A stretch of 61,364 bases of DNA from a virus. Its lineage: Duplodnaviria > Caudoviricetes. The stretch covers positions 1-61,364 of the IMG/VR virus record IMGVR_UViG_3300025892_000021. One strand, 5' to 3'. A program made the position numbers and the translations under genes. The notes under the pieces were generated by a model. The model was given only the letters and a program-made list of their open reading frames with translations, was not told where the DNA came from and did no database searches. Below, one piece after another: positions 26,802 to 35,039 of this stretch (position 1 is the stretch's first letter; each line of letters starts with the position of its first letter).

Positions 26802-27452
26802 TTAGAAGGATACGGAAAGAGAAAGACCTACAATGGATTCTCCATCAGAAATAAGATCAGAATCAAAATAGTCATAGGACAGCCCCAATTCAGCATTATC
26901 TGATACAGACTTAGATGCAATAACACCTACTCCGTAATAATCTTCATTTACTGATGCACTAGCATCAGTGTTGCCATAAAGACCATGAACACATAGATTA
27001 GCAACTTCTGTTTCAAGCTTATGCTTTCCAGAAAGTTCAAATGTGTACAGATTCTCACTAGTATTTCTGTAAAGAGTTACGGATGGAGAAAGGACTGTAT
27101 CGAAGCTGAGAGATAGCCTAGCATCAAGATATGCATCTCCTGCGACTTCTTCAAAATGCTCCAATCCAATGTAGACATCAAGAAGGTCAGCTAATTGCTT
27201 TGAGCCTCCAAGCTCGATGACATATGCATCAGAACCTCCCGATGTCGATTGATTAGTGGATGCCCCTACAGAAGCATTGAATCCACCGATATCTGAATCG
27301 AGAGATAGGGAAGACTGAACAGCTTCAGATGAGAGAACAGCCCCCCTCCTGAAATAGTCAGATGCATAGCCTACGGAAATAGATCCCGCTGTAGCAGATG
27401 CGACGTTAAAAATTAGACACAGCAGTGCCGTCATGTATGTTTTTGTATTCAT
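26802..27452 (-). CDS. outer-membrane beta-barrel (TorF/TIGR02001-like putative porin)
   Basis: signal peptide, SDYFRRG motif, amphipathic strands, terminal VGLSLSVSF with final Phe. Confidence 0.8.
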   Translation of the reverse strand: MNTKTYMTALLCLIFNVASATAGSISVGYASDYFRRGAVLSSEAVQSSLSLDSDIGGFNASVGASTNQSTSGGSDAYVIELGGSKQLADLLDVYIGLEHFEEVAGDAYLDARLSLSFDTVLSPSVTLYRNTSENLYTFELSGKHKLETEVANLCVHGLYGNTDASASVNEDYYGVGVIASKSVSDNAELGLSYDYFDSDLISDGESIVGLSLSVSF

Positions 27453-27484
27453 ATGTTATATGTATGATTAAAAGATTTTAAAAA

Positions 27485-27706
27485 TCAATCTTCAAAAAAG
27501 TCTTCATCGACTTCAAATTCAATATCTTCTCCAACAAGTTCATTTATCTTATCGTTTATAATACGAATGTTTTTAAAAAATTCAAGTTTTTTCTCTTGTA
27601 AAGCTCCAATTTCGGTAAAAATGTTTATATCAAACTCTTCAATGTATCTATCACAAAGGGAATCTAGGTCAAATCTAAATGCATCTGTTTGTTCATCGAA
27701 ATCCAC
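27485..27706 (-). CDS. acidic hypothetical protein
   Basis: GTG start 12 nt after GTGTA motif (27719-27723). Confidence 0.65.
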   Translation of the reverse strand: MDFDEQTDAFRFDLDSLCDRYIEEFDINIFTEIGALQEKKLEFFKNIRIINDKINELVGEDIEFEVDEDFFED

Positions 27707-27725
27707 AATTAAGTATATTACACAA

Positions 27726-28244
27726 TTATTTAGATTTTTGCCAAATGGACTTTCTTTTAATTTTTAATATATCAGATGTTTTTATCTGCGACATTAATTC
27801 TTCATCTCGCCTATTATAAAATATATATTTAGCATTAACCGCTCTTTTTGCATACTCCTTATTTTTATCTATTAATTTTTCGCAAAGTTCGTATAAAGAT
27901 ATTCTGTCCACTACTAAAAAATAATCTTTTTTTTCGAATGCTATGTAGTCTGCTTGTTTTAAAAGCCAACCATCATAACCATATTCATTTTTATATTCGA
28001 TCCAAGTCCATTCTTCACTTGGGTTTTTATCTTTTGCACTTTCTTTTTTTTGAGCTTTAACATCGACACCTTTTCTTTTACCTTTTTTTGTTATCCAAAT
28101 ATCAATGCCTAAAACTTTATTTTCATACTCGCTAGAAAGATCGCAATGAAACCCTCTTTTTGATGCAATACCTATAAATTTTCTCTCTGCTTCGTTTCCT
28201 ATTTTTGCAGAACCTCTTTTGTCATATTTATGTTGATAGGGCAT
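27726..28244 (-). CDS. PD-(D/E)xK family nuclease
   Basis: G..AE..F, GIDIW, VDVK, WIEY, GWL...ADYIAF. Confidence 0.75.
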   Translation of the reverse strand: MPYQHKYDKRGSAKIGNEAERKFIGIASKRGFHCDLSSEYENKVLGIDIWITKKGKRKGVDVKAQKKESAKDKNPSEEWTWIEYKNEYGYDGWLLKQADYIAFEKKDYFLVVDRISLYELCEKLIDKNKEYAKRAVNAKYIFYNRRDEELMSQIKTSDILKIKRKSIWQKSK

Positions 28245-28246
28245 TA

Positions 28247-29197
28247 TTAAAAAGATAAAGATTTAGCAAGCTTCCTGCCTTTGGCGGTAATTTTCCTCTT
28301 AACATCTATCTCCATTAGATTTTGCTTTAAGAGATATTTTTCATGATCACTCCTTAATGAGGTAGTACTCAAGCCTGTCTTTGCTCCAAGCATAGATAAA
28401 GTACAAGATCCAGATTCCATAAGCACTTCTAATATTTGCCTTTCAGTGCAAGTAATTCCAAAAGGAAGTACCCCAAGAGTATCGCAAAATTTATTATAAT
28501 GATTGATATCAAAAACATCTACATTTTCTGAAGCTGCATAAAGATTAATATCTTTTGATCTTAACTTTGCATTCCTAGCATTACCCCTAACTACAGAACT
28601 TAATTGAGAAAGGACATCTTTAGAAACATCACAGTCTATAGAGAGCGAAAGTATTTCACCTAATTCTTTTTTACTATAAGGATCAAAGTCAACAGATGTT
28701 AGCCTATCCTTTAATGGAGGGAATAATTTATCGCTTTCAGTAGTAGCAAACATAAAAGTTTGCTTCTTGAAATTAAAAGGATATCTAGTTTCTTTCCAAT
28801 TAAACTCTCTGATATGAGAGTCAGTTGTATCTAAAACAGTCAAAAGAGCCATAGTTAAATCTCTTGGTAATTCATGAGCCTCATCAAAAAGAATTGAAAT
28901 TTCATTATCAAGAATCAATGGAATGAAAATTTGGTCAAAAAAGTCATCATTATTCTTTATTGCCGAGCAATTAAGTTCAAGGAGTGTTCTTTGAGAACCA
29001 TCTTCATTCTTTAAGTTTCTTGCAAATTTCTGAGCAAATGCGGTTTTGCCAAGACCTTTAGCTCCAAAGAAACCTAAAAAAGGGGAGACTCTAGTTTTAT
29101 TAAAAGCTTTTAGATAAAAGTTAAGCTTTTTCTTGACATTTTTTTGACCTACTAATCCATTAAAAGGATCTTTGTTTTTCGTTAATAGAATGCTCAT
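28247..29197 (-). CDS. ruvB: RuvB-like Holliday junction branch-migration ATPase
   Basis: LVGQ, GAKGLGKT, FDEAH, ATTE..L..PLKDR, RGNARNA, C-terminal winged helix E.YLL...R.IT.KG. Confidence 0.8.
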   Translation of the reverse strand: MSILLTKNKDPFNGLVGQKNVKKKLNFYLKAFNKTRVSPFLGFFGAKGLGKTAFAQKFARNLKNEDGSQRTLLELNCSAIKNNDDFFDQIFIPLILDNEISILFDEAHELPRDLTMALLTVLDTTDSHIREFNWKETRYPFNFKKQTFMFATTESDKLFPPLKDRLTSVDFDPYSKKELGEILSLSIDCDVSKDVLSQLSSVVRGNARNAKLRSKDINLYAASENVDVFDINHYNKFCDTLGVLPFGITCTERQILEVLMESGSCTLSMLGAKTGLSTTSLRSDHEKYLLKQNLMEIDVKRKITAKGRKLAKSLSF

Positions 29198-29199
29198 AA

Positions 29200-29475
29200 T
29201 TATTCTTCCTCCTCAAATGTTGTTAATGTAAAAGGAATCTTAACAGAAGGTTCCTCTTTTGTCAATGGCAAAGCAATAGGCTCTGAAGTTTCATCTTGAA
29301 TTAAGCCAAGACCTTCAAGCCATACTCTACTAACTACGATTGGAGTCTTCTCGCTTATATAATCTTTTAAGCTAGAAAAGGGAATTTTGACAAAAGAATT
29401 AGAACCTTTCTTTCTTCCGCTTCCCTTTTTTCTTAAGCCTCCATCTTTATTTACTGTGGGTTTTTTTGTTTTCAT
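29200..29475 (-). CDS. hypothetical protein with AT-hook-like motif (predicted leaderless)
   Basis: GSGRKKGS; promoter TTGACG-N17-GACAAT-N6-ATG at 29482-29510. Confidence 0.7.
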   Translation of the reverse strand: MKTKKPTVNKDGGLRKKGSGRKKGSNSFVKIPFSSLKDYISEKTPIVVSRVWLEGLGLIQDETSEPIALPLTKEEPSVKIPFTLTTFEEEE

Positions 29476-29533
29476 GCTTGCATTGTCGCATAAAAAACAA
29501 GATACGTCAAGGTTTTTTTAAAATTTTTTAAAA

Positions 29534-29800
29534 TTATTCTAAAAAACTATCTGGAATTTGATCATGATCTGTATTTACACCTCTGTCTTTTGACTCATAG
29601 ATAATCAGATCAGGAGCTTTAGGGTTTTGTTTTAATTTATTAAGAAAAATAACAATAGGAATTTCTTTTTCTCCCTCTTGCCCTTTGTTAATCTTAAAAA
29701 ATCCAGAATAAAATTTCTGAGATTTTCCATCTTTCTTCCAAAGAACCCCTAGTTCTCGTTTTTTCCATTCAGAATCTGTTTTGTTTTCATTATTATCCAT
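29534..29800 (-). CDS. DUF736-like protein
   Basis: ELGVLWKK...FYSG...IVIF.N..K.NPKAPD. Confidence 0.65.
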   Translation of the reverse strand: MDNNENKTDSEWKKRELGVLWKKDGKSQKFYSGFFKINKGQEGEKEIPIVIFLNKLKQNPKAPDLIIYESKDRGVNTDHDQIPDSFLE

Positions 29801-29857
29801 TATATATTAATAAGTGGATAACAAAAAATATGCAACCTAAAATGATATATTTTTTAC

Positions 29858-30700
29858 TTAGGTTTTTTCGCTAGTATACCCCATCTTTTTATACTTCAAG
29901 TGATCGGAATATGTTTTAGCTTGATAAGCTTTTCCCTGTTTATCATACATGGTATGGGGCTTAAACTTTTCTCCTTCTTCTTGTCCGTGTTCGGCTTTAG
30001 ATTCTTTCTTATCTTCTTTTTTATCTTTATCTTCATTTTTGGGACTTTTCCCCTTTTTTTGAAGAATTTTCTTTTGCAAGGCAGGAGGAAGAGTTTTTTG
30101 TTCTTTTGTTAATTCTGCCTTAGATTCTTTTTTCTTCTTAGAAGATTTTTGAGCTTTCTTTAAAGATTTTGGATCTGGGTAATCTTTATCTCCTGGTTTT
30201 GCAGGTTTATAATTCTTGCCCATTCTTTTTTTCTTATTTCTTATATTCTCCCAAAGCCCAGGTTTTGCTTGAGTTTCATCTAATTCATCTAAGATAATGT
30301 ATTCCTTTTCTTGTTCTGTTATTTCGACATCAGATCCTTGTACTTTTGTGCCAGCACGCCATTGTTTGCAAGACCAGTATCTAGCTTTTGTTTTCGGACC
30401 TGGATTGGCACAGTTATGCCTAGCTCTAAAAGATTTTCTTCTTTTAGGGTCATCTCTTTTTATCTCCATATTTGGGTCTCCGAAATTTACTTTAACTATA
30501 TTACCCTTTTCATTTTTAACGTAAACAGAAAACTTTTTAGGACCTCCTGAAGTTCTGAAAGGTTTATTTAACTTCTTACCTTTATTTTTTTCAGAAGCCC
30601 AAATTTCTTCAGTTATAGGTAATCCTAAAGTATCATCTTCGCAGTCGCAGAGATGATATGACTTTATTTCATTTGAAAAATCTAATTCTATTTTTTTCAT
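29858..30700 (-). CDS. composite basic phage protein (DUF6321-like domain)
   Basis: KVNFGD...RRKSFRARHNC...KARYWSC plus GLWENIR..K and TYSDHL...MGY modules seen in T4-like aquatic phages. Confidence 0.7.
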   Translation of the reverse strand: MKKIELDFSNEIKSYHLCDCEDDTLGLPITEEIWASEKNKGKKLNKPFRTSGGPKKFSVYVKNEKGNIVKVNFGDPNMEIKRDDPKRRKSFRARHNCANPGPKTKARYWSCKQWRAGTKVQGSDVEITEQEKEYIILDELDETQAKPGLWENIRNKKKRMGKNYKPAKPGDKDYPDPKSLKKAQKSSKKKKESKAELTKEQKTLPPALQKKILQKKGKSPKNEDKDKKEDKKESKAEHGQEEGEKFKPHTMYDKQGKAYQAKTYSDHLKYKKMGYTSEKT

Positions 30701-30714
30701 GTGTAATATATTTT

Positions 30715-31038
30715 GTGTTGCTAATTATAGATGCAGAATTAACTGCTCCACCAAGCGAGGTTACCCTCTTTAGGGATATTACACTTTATTCTAACATTTT
30801 TCTAAAAAAAAATGTAGTTCTGGAGTGTAAGAAATCCGATAGAGATTTTTACTATAAATGGTTAAGAGAAAAAGCTGCATGGGATTATGTGGAAGATTTC
30901 ATAAAACCAAAGACTGAGGGTGGAATAGCTATTAGAGTAGAATCTGGAAATATAGTGGTTCCAAGAATAAACTACTATAATTTTGGAGAAATAATAAATA
31001 AATTAAGCATTTATAAATCTGACAATTCTTTAAGCTGA
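30715..31038 (+). CDS. hypothetical protein
   Basis: In-frame GTG at 30715, 9 nt after GTGTA (30701-30705); avoids overlap with divergent gene. Confidence 0.6.
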   Translation: MLLIIDAELTAPPSEVTLFRDITLYSNIFLKKNVVLECKKSDRDFYYKWLREKAAWDYVEDFIKPKTEGGIAIRVESGNIVVPRINYYNFGEIINKLSIYKSDNSLS

Positions 31039-31460
31039 TCTAAATTTTTAAAAGGTTTAAAACTTTCTGTAGAAAAAAGATCTAATGAAAATTTATTGTC
31101 TACGTTATATTTTTCCGCAGGGAGCATAGTTGTATATATTTTTATCTCTTTTTTAAAATCTGGATTAAAAAAGTTTAAAATCTGGCGAGAATTATGAATA
31201 TTTTTATAAGAAATTTGAGCAAGAAATTTACTAAATGGATATTGATATGAAAGCTTATCTTTAATATCTATAAACAAAGAAGCTTTTGTTATTACGAAAT
31301 AATTACAAGGCTCTTTATTGTAAAGCAATGGCTTTCTACCTTCTGTGATTTTAGAAAATTCATTTAGAAAATCAAAAGAGACATTATTATTACGAAGAAA
31401 ATTTAATACAAAACTATTTCGATTGCAATATATGAAATATTTGTTAACAATATTATTCAC
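31011..31460 (-). CDS. hypothetical protein
   Basis: 149-aa ORF. Confidence 0.55.
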   Translation of the reverse strand: MNNIVNKYFIYCNRNSFVLNFLRNNNVSFDFLNEFSKITEGRKPLLYNKEPCNYFVITKASLFIDIKDKLSYQYPFSKFLAQISYKNIHNSRQILNFFNPDFKKEIKIYTTMLPAEKYNVDNKFSLDLFSTESFKPFKNLDQLKELSDL

Positions 31461-32473
31461 CGTATTCCACTATTGGGGTTTTTTGTTAATCTATAATATT
31501 CCATGAAGAATTCCCTGTCTGTCTCTATGCTTGAGTATATAGCTTTAAAATTCATTTTTTGAGGAAGATAAGGATCACCGCAAGGGTCTATCAAACAACC
31601 AGCAGGGCAATGCATAGTTTTTTTAATGTTCCTTAGGGGAGAAGAGCCTATTTTAAGTGGATTTCTGGACAAAACAATATATGACAATGTTTTAAAATTA
31701 GGTAATGATTTGTCGATATATCTAATGTTGTTACATCCAACCTTTAAATAATTCAACCAAACACAATTTACTAAAGGATCAATTGATTTTATTCGATTTT
31801 GTGAAAGGTCACATGCAACTAGGTATTTTAACTTAGATAAAGGCTCTAATTTTTCGATATGACAATCTCTAATCCTAACAGTCATTAGTTTGGGAAACTT
31901 TAAAAGAGCATCAAGATTCTTTACGGTTTCATATTCCTCAATTTCAATACTTAAAATTTCAGAAGAAGGCAGTGATGATATTGGCAAACAAGACGAACAA
32001 TAATCCTTAGGCAGACTAATGATACCACGTTTATCATAATTTTTTCTATAAATTTCTATTCCTGAGTATCGATCAGGAGAATAAGGACGAATGGATAATT
32101 CTTCATTAATAACTTTTTCTAAAACACAAGTATAATCTTCAGCACTAGAAGTTCCCCATTTCGGAGGTAAAACTTGACTATGGTTATTAAAATTTGTAAA
32201 AACAAATGTATTTTCTTTAGCTTTAGGTTTTAAAACATTTTTCTTTTTATTTTTGTTTGCATCCCATTCTCTGACGAAAGCTTGATCAGACGGAATTAAT
32301 TTATCAATTCTTAAAGAAATCTTATCGCCTGATGGCTTTTTAAGACTCACAATACGATTACTAAAATCAATTAACTCTGCATTTATCGTACTACCATGAG
32401 TACTAGTCCAACTTCGAGACTCTACAGTCAATGAAGTTATAAAAAATATGACTGAAATTTTAACGATATTCAT
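31457..32473 (-). CDS. secreted SHD1-domain plus leucine-rich-repeat protein
   Basis: signal peptide; RSWTSTHG.TINAELI...LRIDKL..SDQAFV (SHD1); LxxLxLxxNxI repeats. Confidence 0.75.
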   Translation of the reverse strand: MNIVKISVIFFITSLTVESRSWTSTHGSTINAELIDFSNRIVSLKKPSGDKISLRIDKLIPSDQAFVREWDANKNKKKNVLKPKAKENTFVFTNFNNHSQVLPPKWGTSSAEDYTCVLEKVINEELSIRPYSPDRYSGIEIYRKNYDKRGIISLPKDYCSSCLPISSLPSSEILSIEIEEYETVKNLDALLKFPKLMTVRIRDCHIEKLEPLSKLKYLVACDLSQNRIKSIDPLVNCVWLNYLKVGCNNIRYIDKSLPNFKTLSYIVLSRNPLKIGSSPLRNIKKTMHCPAGCLIDPCGDPYLPQKMNFKAIYSSIETDREFFMEYYRLTKNPNSGIR

Positions 32474-32996
32474 GTCTCAATAACCTCCATCTATCTGAAT
32501 CTATTTCTTTACTACCTTTATTGATAGCAAAAAGCATGTCTACAATTTCGCCCACACTATTATATATATACTTGTGAGGGAGCATACCAAGCACCCAAAG
32601 AGGAGTTTTTGACTTTCCCCCTTCCATGCTTATAAAAATAGGCTTTTTCATCCTAACAGCAGTAACTATTTCTTCGCCACTACCCCAACTAGCAACCTCT
32701 GGAACTAAATGAGCAATTATAAAATCACTTCTATCAACTAAATTTAAATCATAAGATCTAATGATTTTCATTCTTTCTGTCACTCTGTCATACTGCTTTG
32801 TCTTCATCCAAACATTCATTTCTTCTCTTGATGCTTCATCCTCTTCAACATCTTTTACGAATGGTTTTTTGTATGGATCAAAGCAAGTTATACCTAGTGG
32901 AGTTAAACTTTCCGTAACATCAGATCTCCAATTTCGACCACTTAGATATTGCATATGACCGACCAAATAACATTTAGTTTTATTTAGTAGATTCAT
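32460..32996 (-). CDS. nucleoside 2-deoxyribosyltransferase/nucleotide hydrolase-like protein
   Basis: YLVGHM, WR, FDPY, DL..VDRSDFIIA, GSGEE motifs. Confidence 0.75.
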   Translation of the reverse strand: MNLLNKTKCYLVGHMQYLSGRNWRSDVTESLTPLGITCFDPYKKPFVKDVEEDEASREEMNVWMKTKQYDRVTERMKIIRSYDLNLVDRSDFIIAHLVPEVASWGSGEEIVTAVRMKKPIFISMEGGKSKTPLWVLGMLPHKYIYNSVGEIVDMLFAINKGSKEIDSDRWRLLRHEYR

Positions 32997-33880
32997 TTTT
33001 GATCTTTAAGTTTTTTTAATATTTCTCTAGCTTCCTTTGCTGGAATATCTTTAAAGTCATTCCATTCAGACGGATTTGAATTTGCATCTATTTTATAAAT
33101 TCCAGCAGTATGCCAAGATCTTAACAAATCTTTTAATTTTTCAAAATCTCCTACTCCAGATTGTTCGGCTTGACTTTTTAAAACACCTTGAGGGGATAGG
33201 GATATTGAGCTTCCTTTACTTATAGAGGAAGATAAATTAGATTTATCAATCTCATCATCACCTACGATATGAATATTTAAGAAATTTCTAACACATCTAA
33301 CAAAAGCTCTATTACATGCAATAGTTTCTAGAAATTTAGTGGCAAAGCTACTCGTATTTTCTAGAGTTGCATTCGCCATATCTTGAAAAACAATAGGCTC
33401 TCCCCCTGTTTCATAATTTCCTATAAAAGTCATAGTGCAACAAACAGCAACATGATTAAGTTCACACTTGTCAGAATAATAACTGACACCCTCAAAGCCT
33501 CTAAGTCTAGCTAACTCTTTTATTCCGCTAAGCTTAATTAATAGTTGGTAATCTTTTAGCCCTTCTACAGTCTTGGGAACTTCTTTTTTTCTAGCCTCAA
33601 ACCAAGATTTATTAGGAAACAAATGTTCATCCTTAACCATACGTCTCCAATCTATAGAACCATCTTCATTGAAGTGGTATTCAACATTAGAAAGAAGACC
33701 GTCTTGATCTCTTTTGTACTTAGCTATCGATTCTGCACGTCTTGATTGAGTTATTGAGTTTGATGGAATTTTGTTTTGTATTTTTAATACAGCTTCCTTC
33801 ATTGACTCTTCTACTTCTTTGCTGACATTTATGTCAACTTCGTTTTTATTTTTACTTCCCTTTGGTCTTCCCCTTGGCAT
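32993..33880 (-). CDS. putative single-strand annealing protein with N-terminal AT-hook
   Basis: PRGRPKG; IKLSGIKELA...ANAT..N...ETIACNRAFVRCVR resembles Rad52/Sak-type SSAP cores. Confidence 0.5.
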   Translation of the reverse strand: MPRGRPKGSKNKNEVDINVSKEVEESMKEAVLKIQNKIPSNSITQSRRAESIAKYKRDQDGLLSNVEYHFNEDGSIDWRRMVKDEHLFPNKSWFEARKKEVPKTVEGLKDYQLLIKLSGIKELARLRGFEGVSYYSDKCELNHVAVCCTMTFIGNYETGGEPIVFQDMANATLENTSSFATKFLETIACNRAFVRCVRNFLNIHIVGDDEIDKSNLSSSISKGSSISLSPQGVLKSQAEQSGVGDFEKLKDLLRSWHTAGIYKIDANSNPSEWNDFKDIPAKEAREILKKLKDQK

Positions 33881-35039
33881 TTTTATTCTCCTTGTTATAT
33901 ATTATGTAGTAATCTAGGTCTTCCCAAAAATCTGAATTATCTATAACCTCTTGATATTCAGAACTAATCTCCTTATTTAAGACCCAATGAGCTTTGCTTG
34001 CGAATCTTTTTCCGTTTGAGATTAATATTTTAGAAGACTTCATGATTGCATTATTACATATAACTGCAGAAGAGTCAAGATCTTTTTTTGTTTTTCTTTC
34101 AAATAAAGAAATTTCTTCATCCATATTCTCTAATCTTAGAGATTGAAGTTTAGAAGAATCTTTTACAAAAAGTTCATAGGGTATTTGTAATTTTTTTAAA
34201 ATTTTTAAAAAATTTAAATCAACTCCGTCCGTAACATCTAATGTTATTCTAGCTATAGAATTTCTTGCTGCTTGGCAAAAATCAGAGCTTAAAGGTTTAT
34301 TTAATATGATGCCTAACTTTCTTCCTTGTGCAAATTGAAAGACATTGTTTTCATCAAAATGCAAATCCATCCGAATGTTGACGAGGGAATTTTTTAAGAA
34401 GGTAGAATCAGGAATAAAGTCAGGAACAATTTCAATTACTCTTATGTTGTAAGAAGATCCCACATGCACTTGGGAAAGATTTTCAAAATTTGTTTTTATA
34501 TTTAAAGATTTTAATATATTTTTAGCTATAGATAAAGGTTTTATTTTATTTATGGTTTTGGGGCTTTCATGAAAACTATAACTAAAATTTTTATCTTTTG
34601 GAGAGTCTATTAATTTAGAATTACTAGCCAATGGAAAGCAAAAAGAATCAGAAGGCTCATGAGAAAACAAAGATACAATAGGAATTTTGGAATGAGCAGA
34701 TAGGTAAGAAAAATGATCACAAGAATTAAAATGAAGCAAAGACTTATTTATTATATAAGAATTTTGATTAAAATTAGCTAAGCCACACATTCTATAAACA
34801 CCTTCATAAACAGGATCTTTTTCAGATCCTAATTGCAAAATAGATATACCCTTTTCTTTTAAAAAAGGAGTTATAATATCAATTACCTCTTGCCAGTATT
34901 CATAGTGTTTACTTTGTATTAAAGAGGAGGAATTAAATGTTAAATATTTATCTTGTATAACAGGAAAAAAACAATTATTAACAAATGGTTTTGATATTTT
35001 TAAACCAGAATGTAGACTGTATCTTTCTAATTTATTCAT
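33852..35039 (-). CDS. GT9-like glycosyltransferase
   Basis: SKHYEYWQEVI...ILQLG...HFNSCDHF..LSA...PIVSLF; likely start 35039. Confidence 0.65.
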   Translation of the reverse strand: MNKLERYSLHSGLKISKPFVNNCFFPVIQDKYLTFNSSSLIQSKHYEYWQEVIDIITPFLKEKGISILQLGSEKDPVYEGVYRMCGLANFNQNSYIINKSLLHFNSCDHFSYLSAHSKIPIVSLFSHEPSDSFCFPLASNSKLIDSPKDKNFSYSFHESPKTINKIKPLSIAKNILKSLNIKTNFENLSQVHVGSSYNIRVIEIVPDFIPDSTFLKNSLVNIRMDLHFDENNVFQFAQGRKLGIILNKPLSSDFCQAARNSIARITLDVTDGVDLNFLKILKKLQIPYELFVKDSSKLQSLRLENMDEEISLFERKTKKDLDSSAVICNNAIMKSSKILISNGKRFASKAHWVLNKEISSEYQEVIDNSDFWEDLDYYIIYNKENKNAKGKTKGK

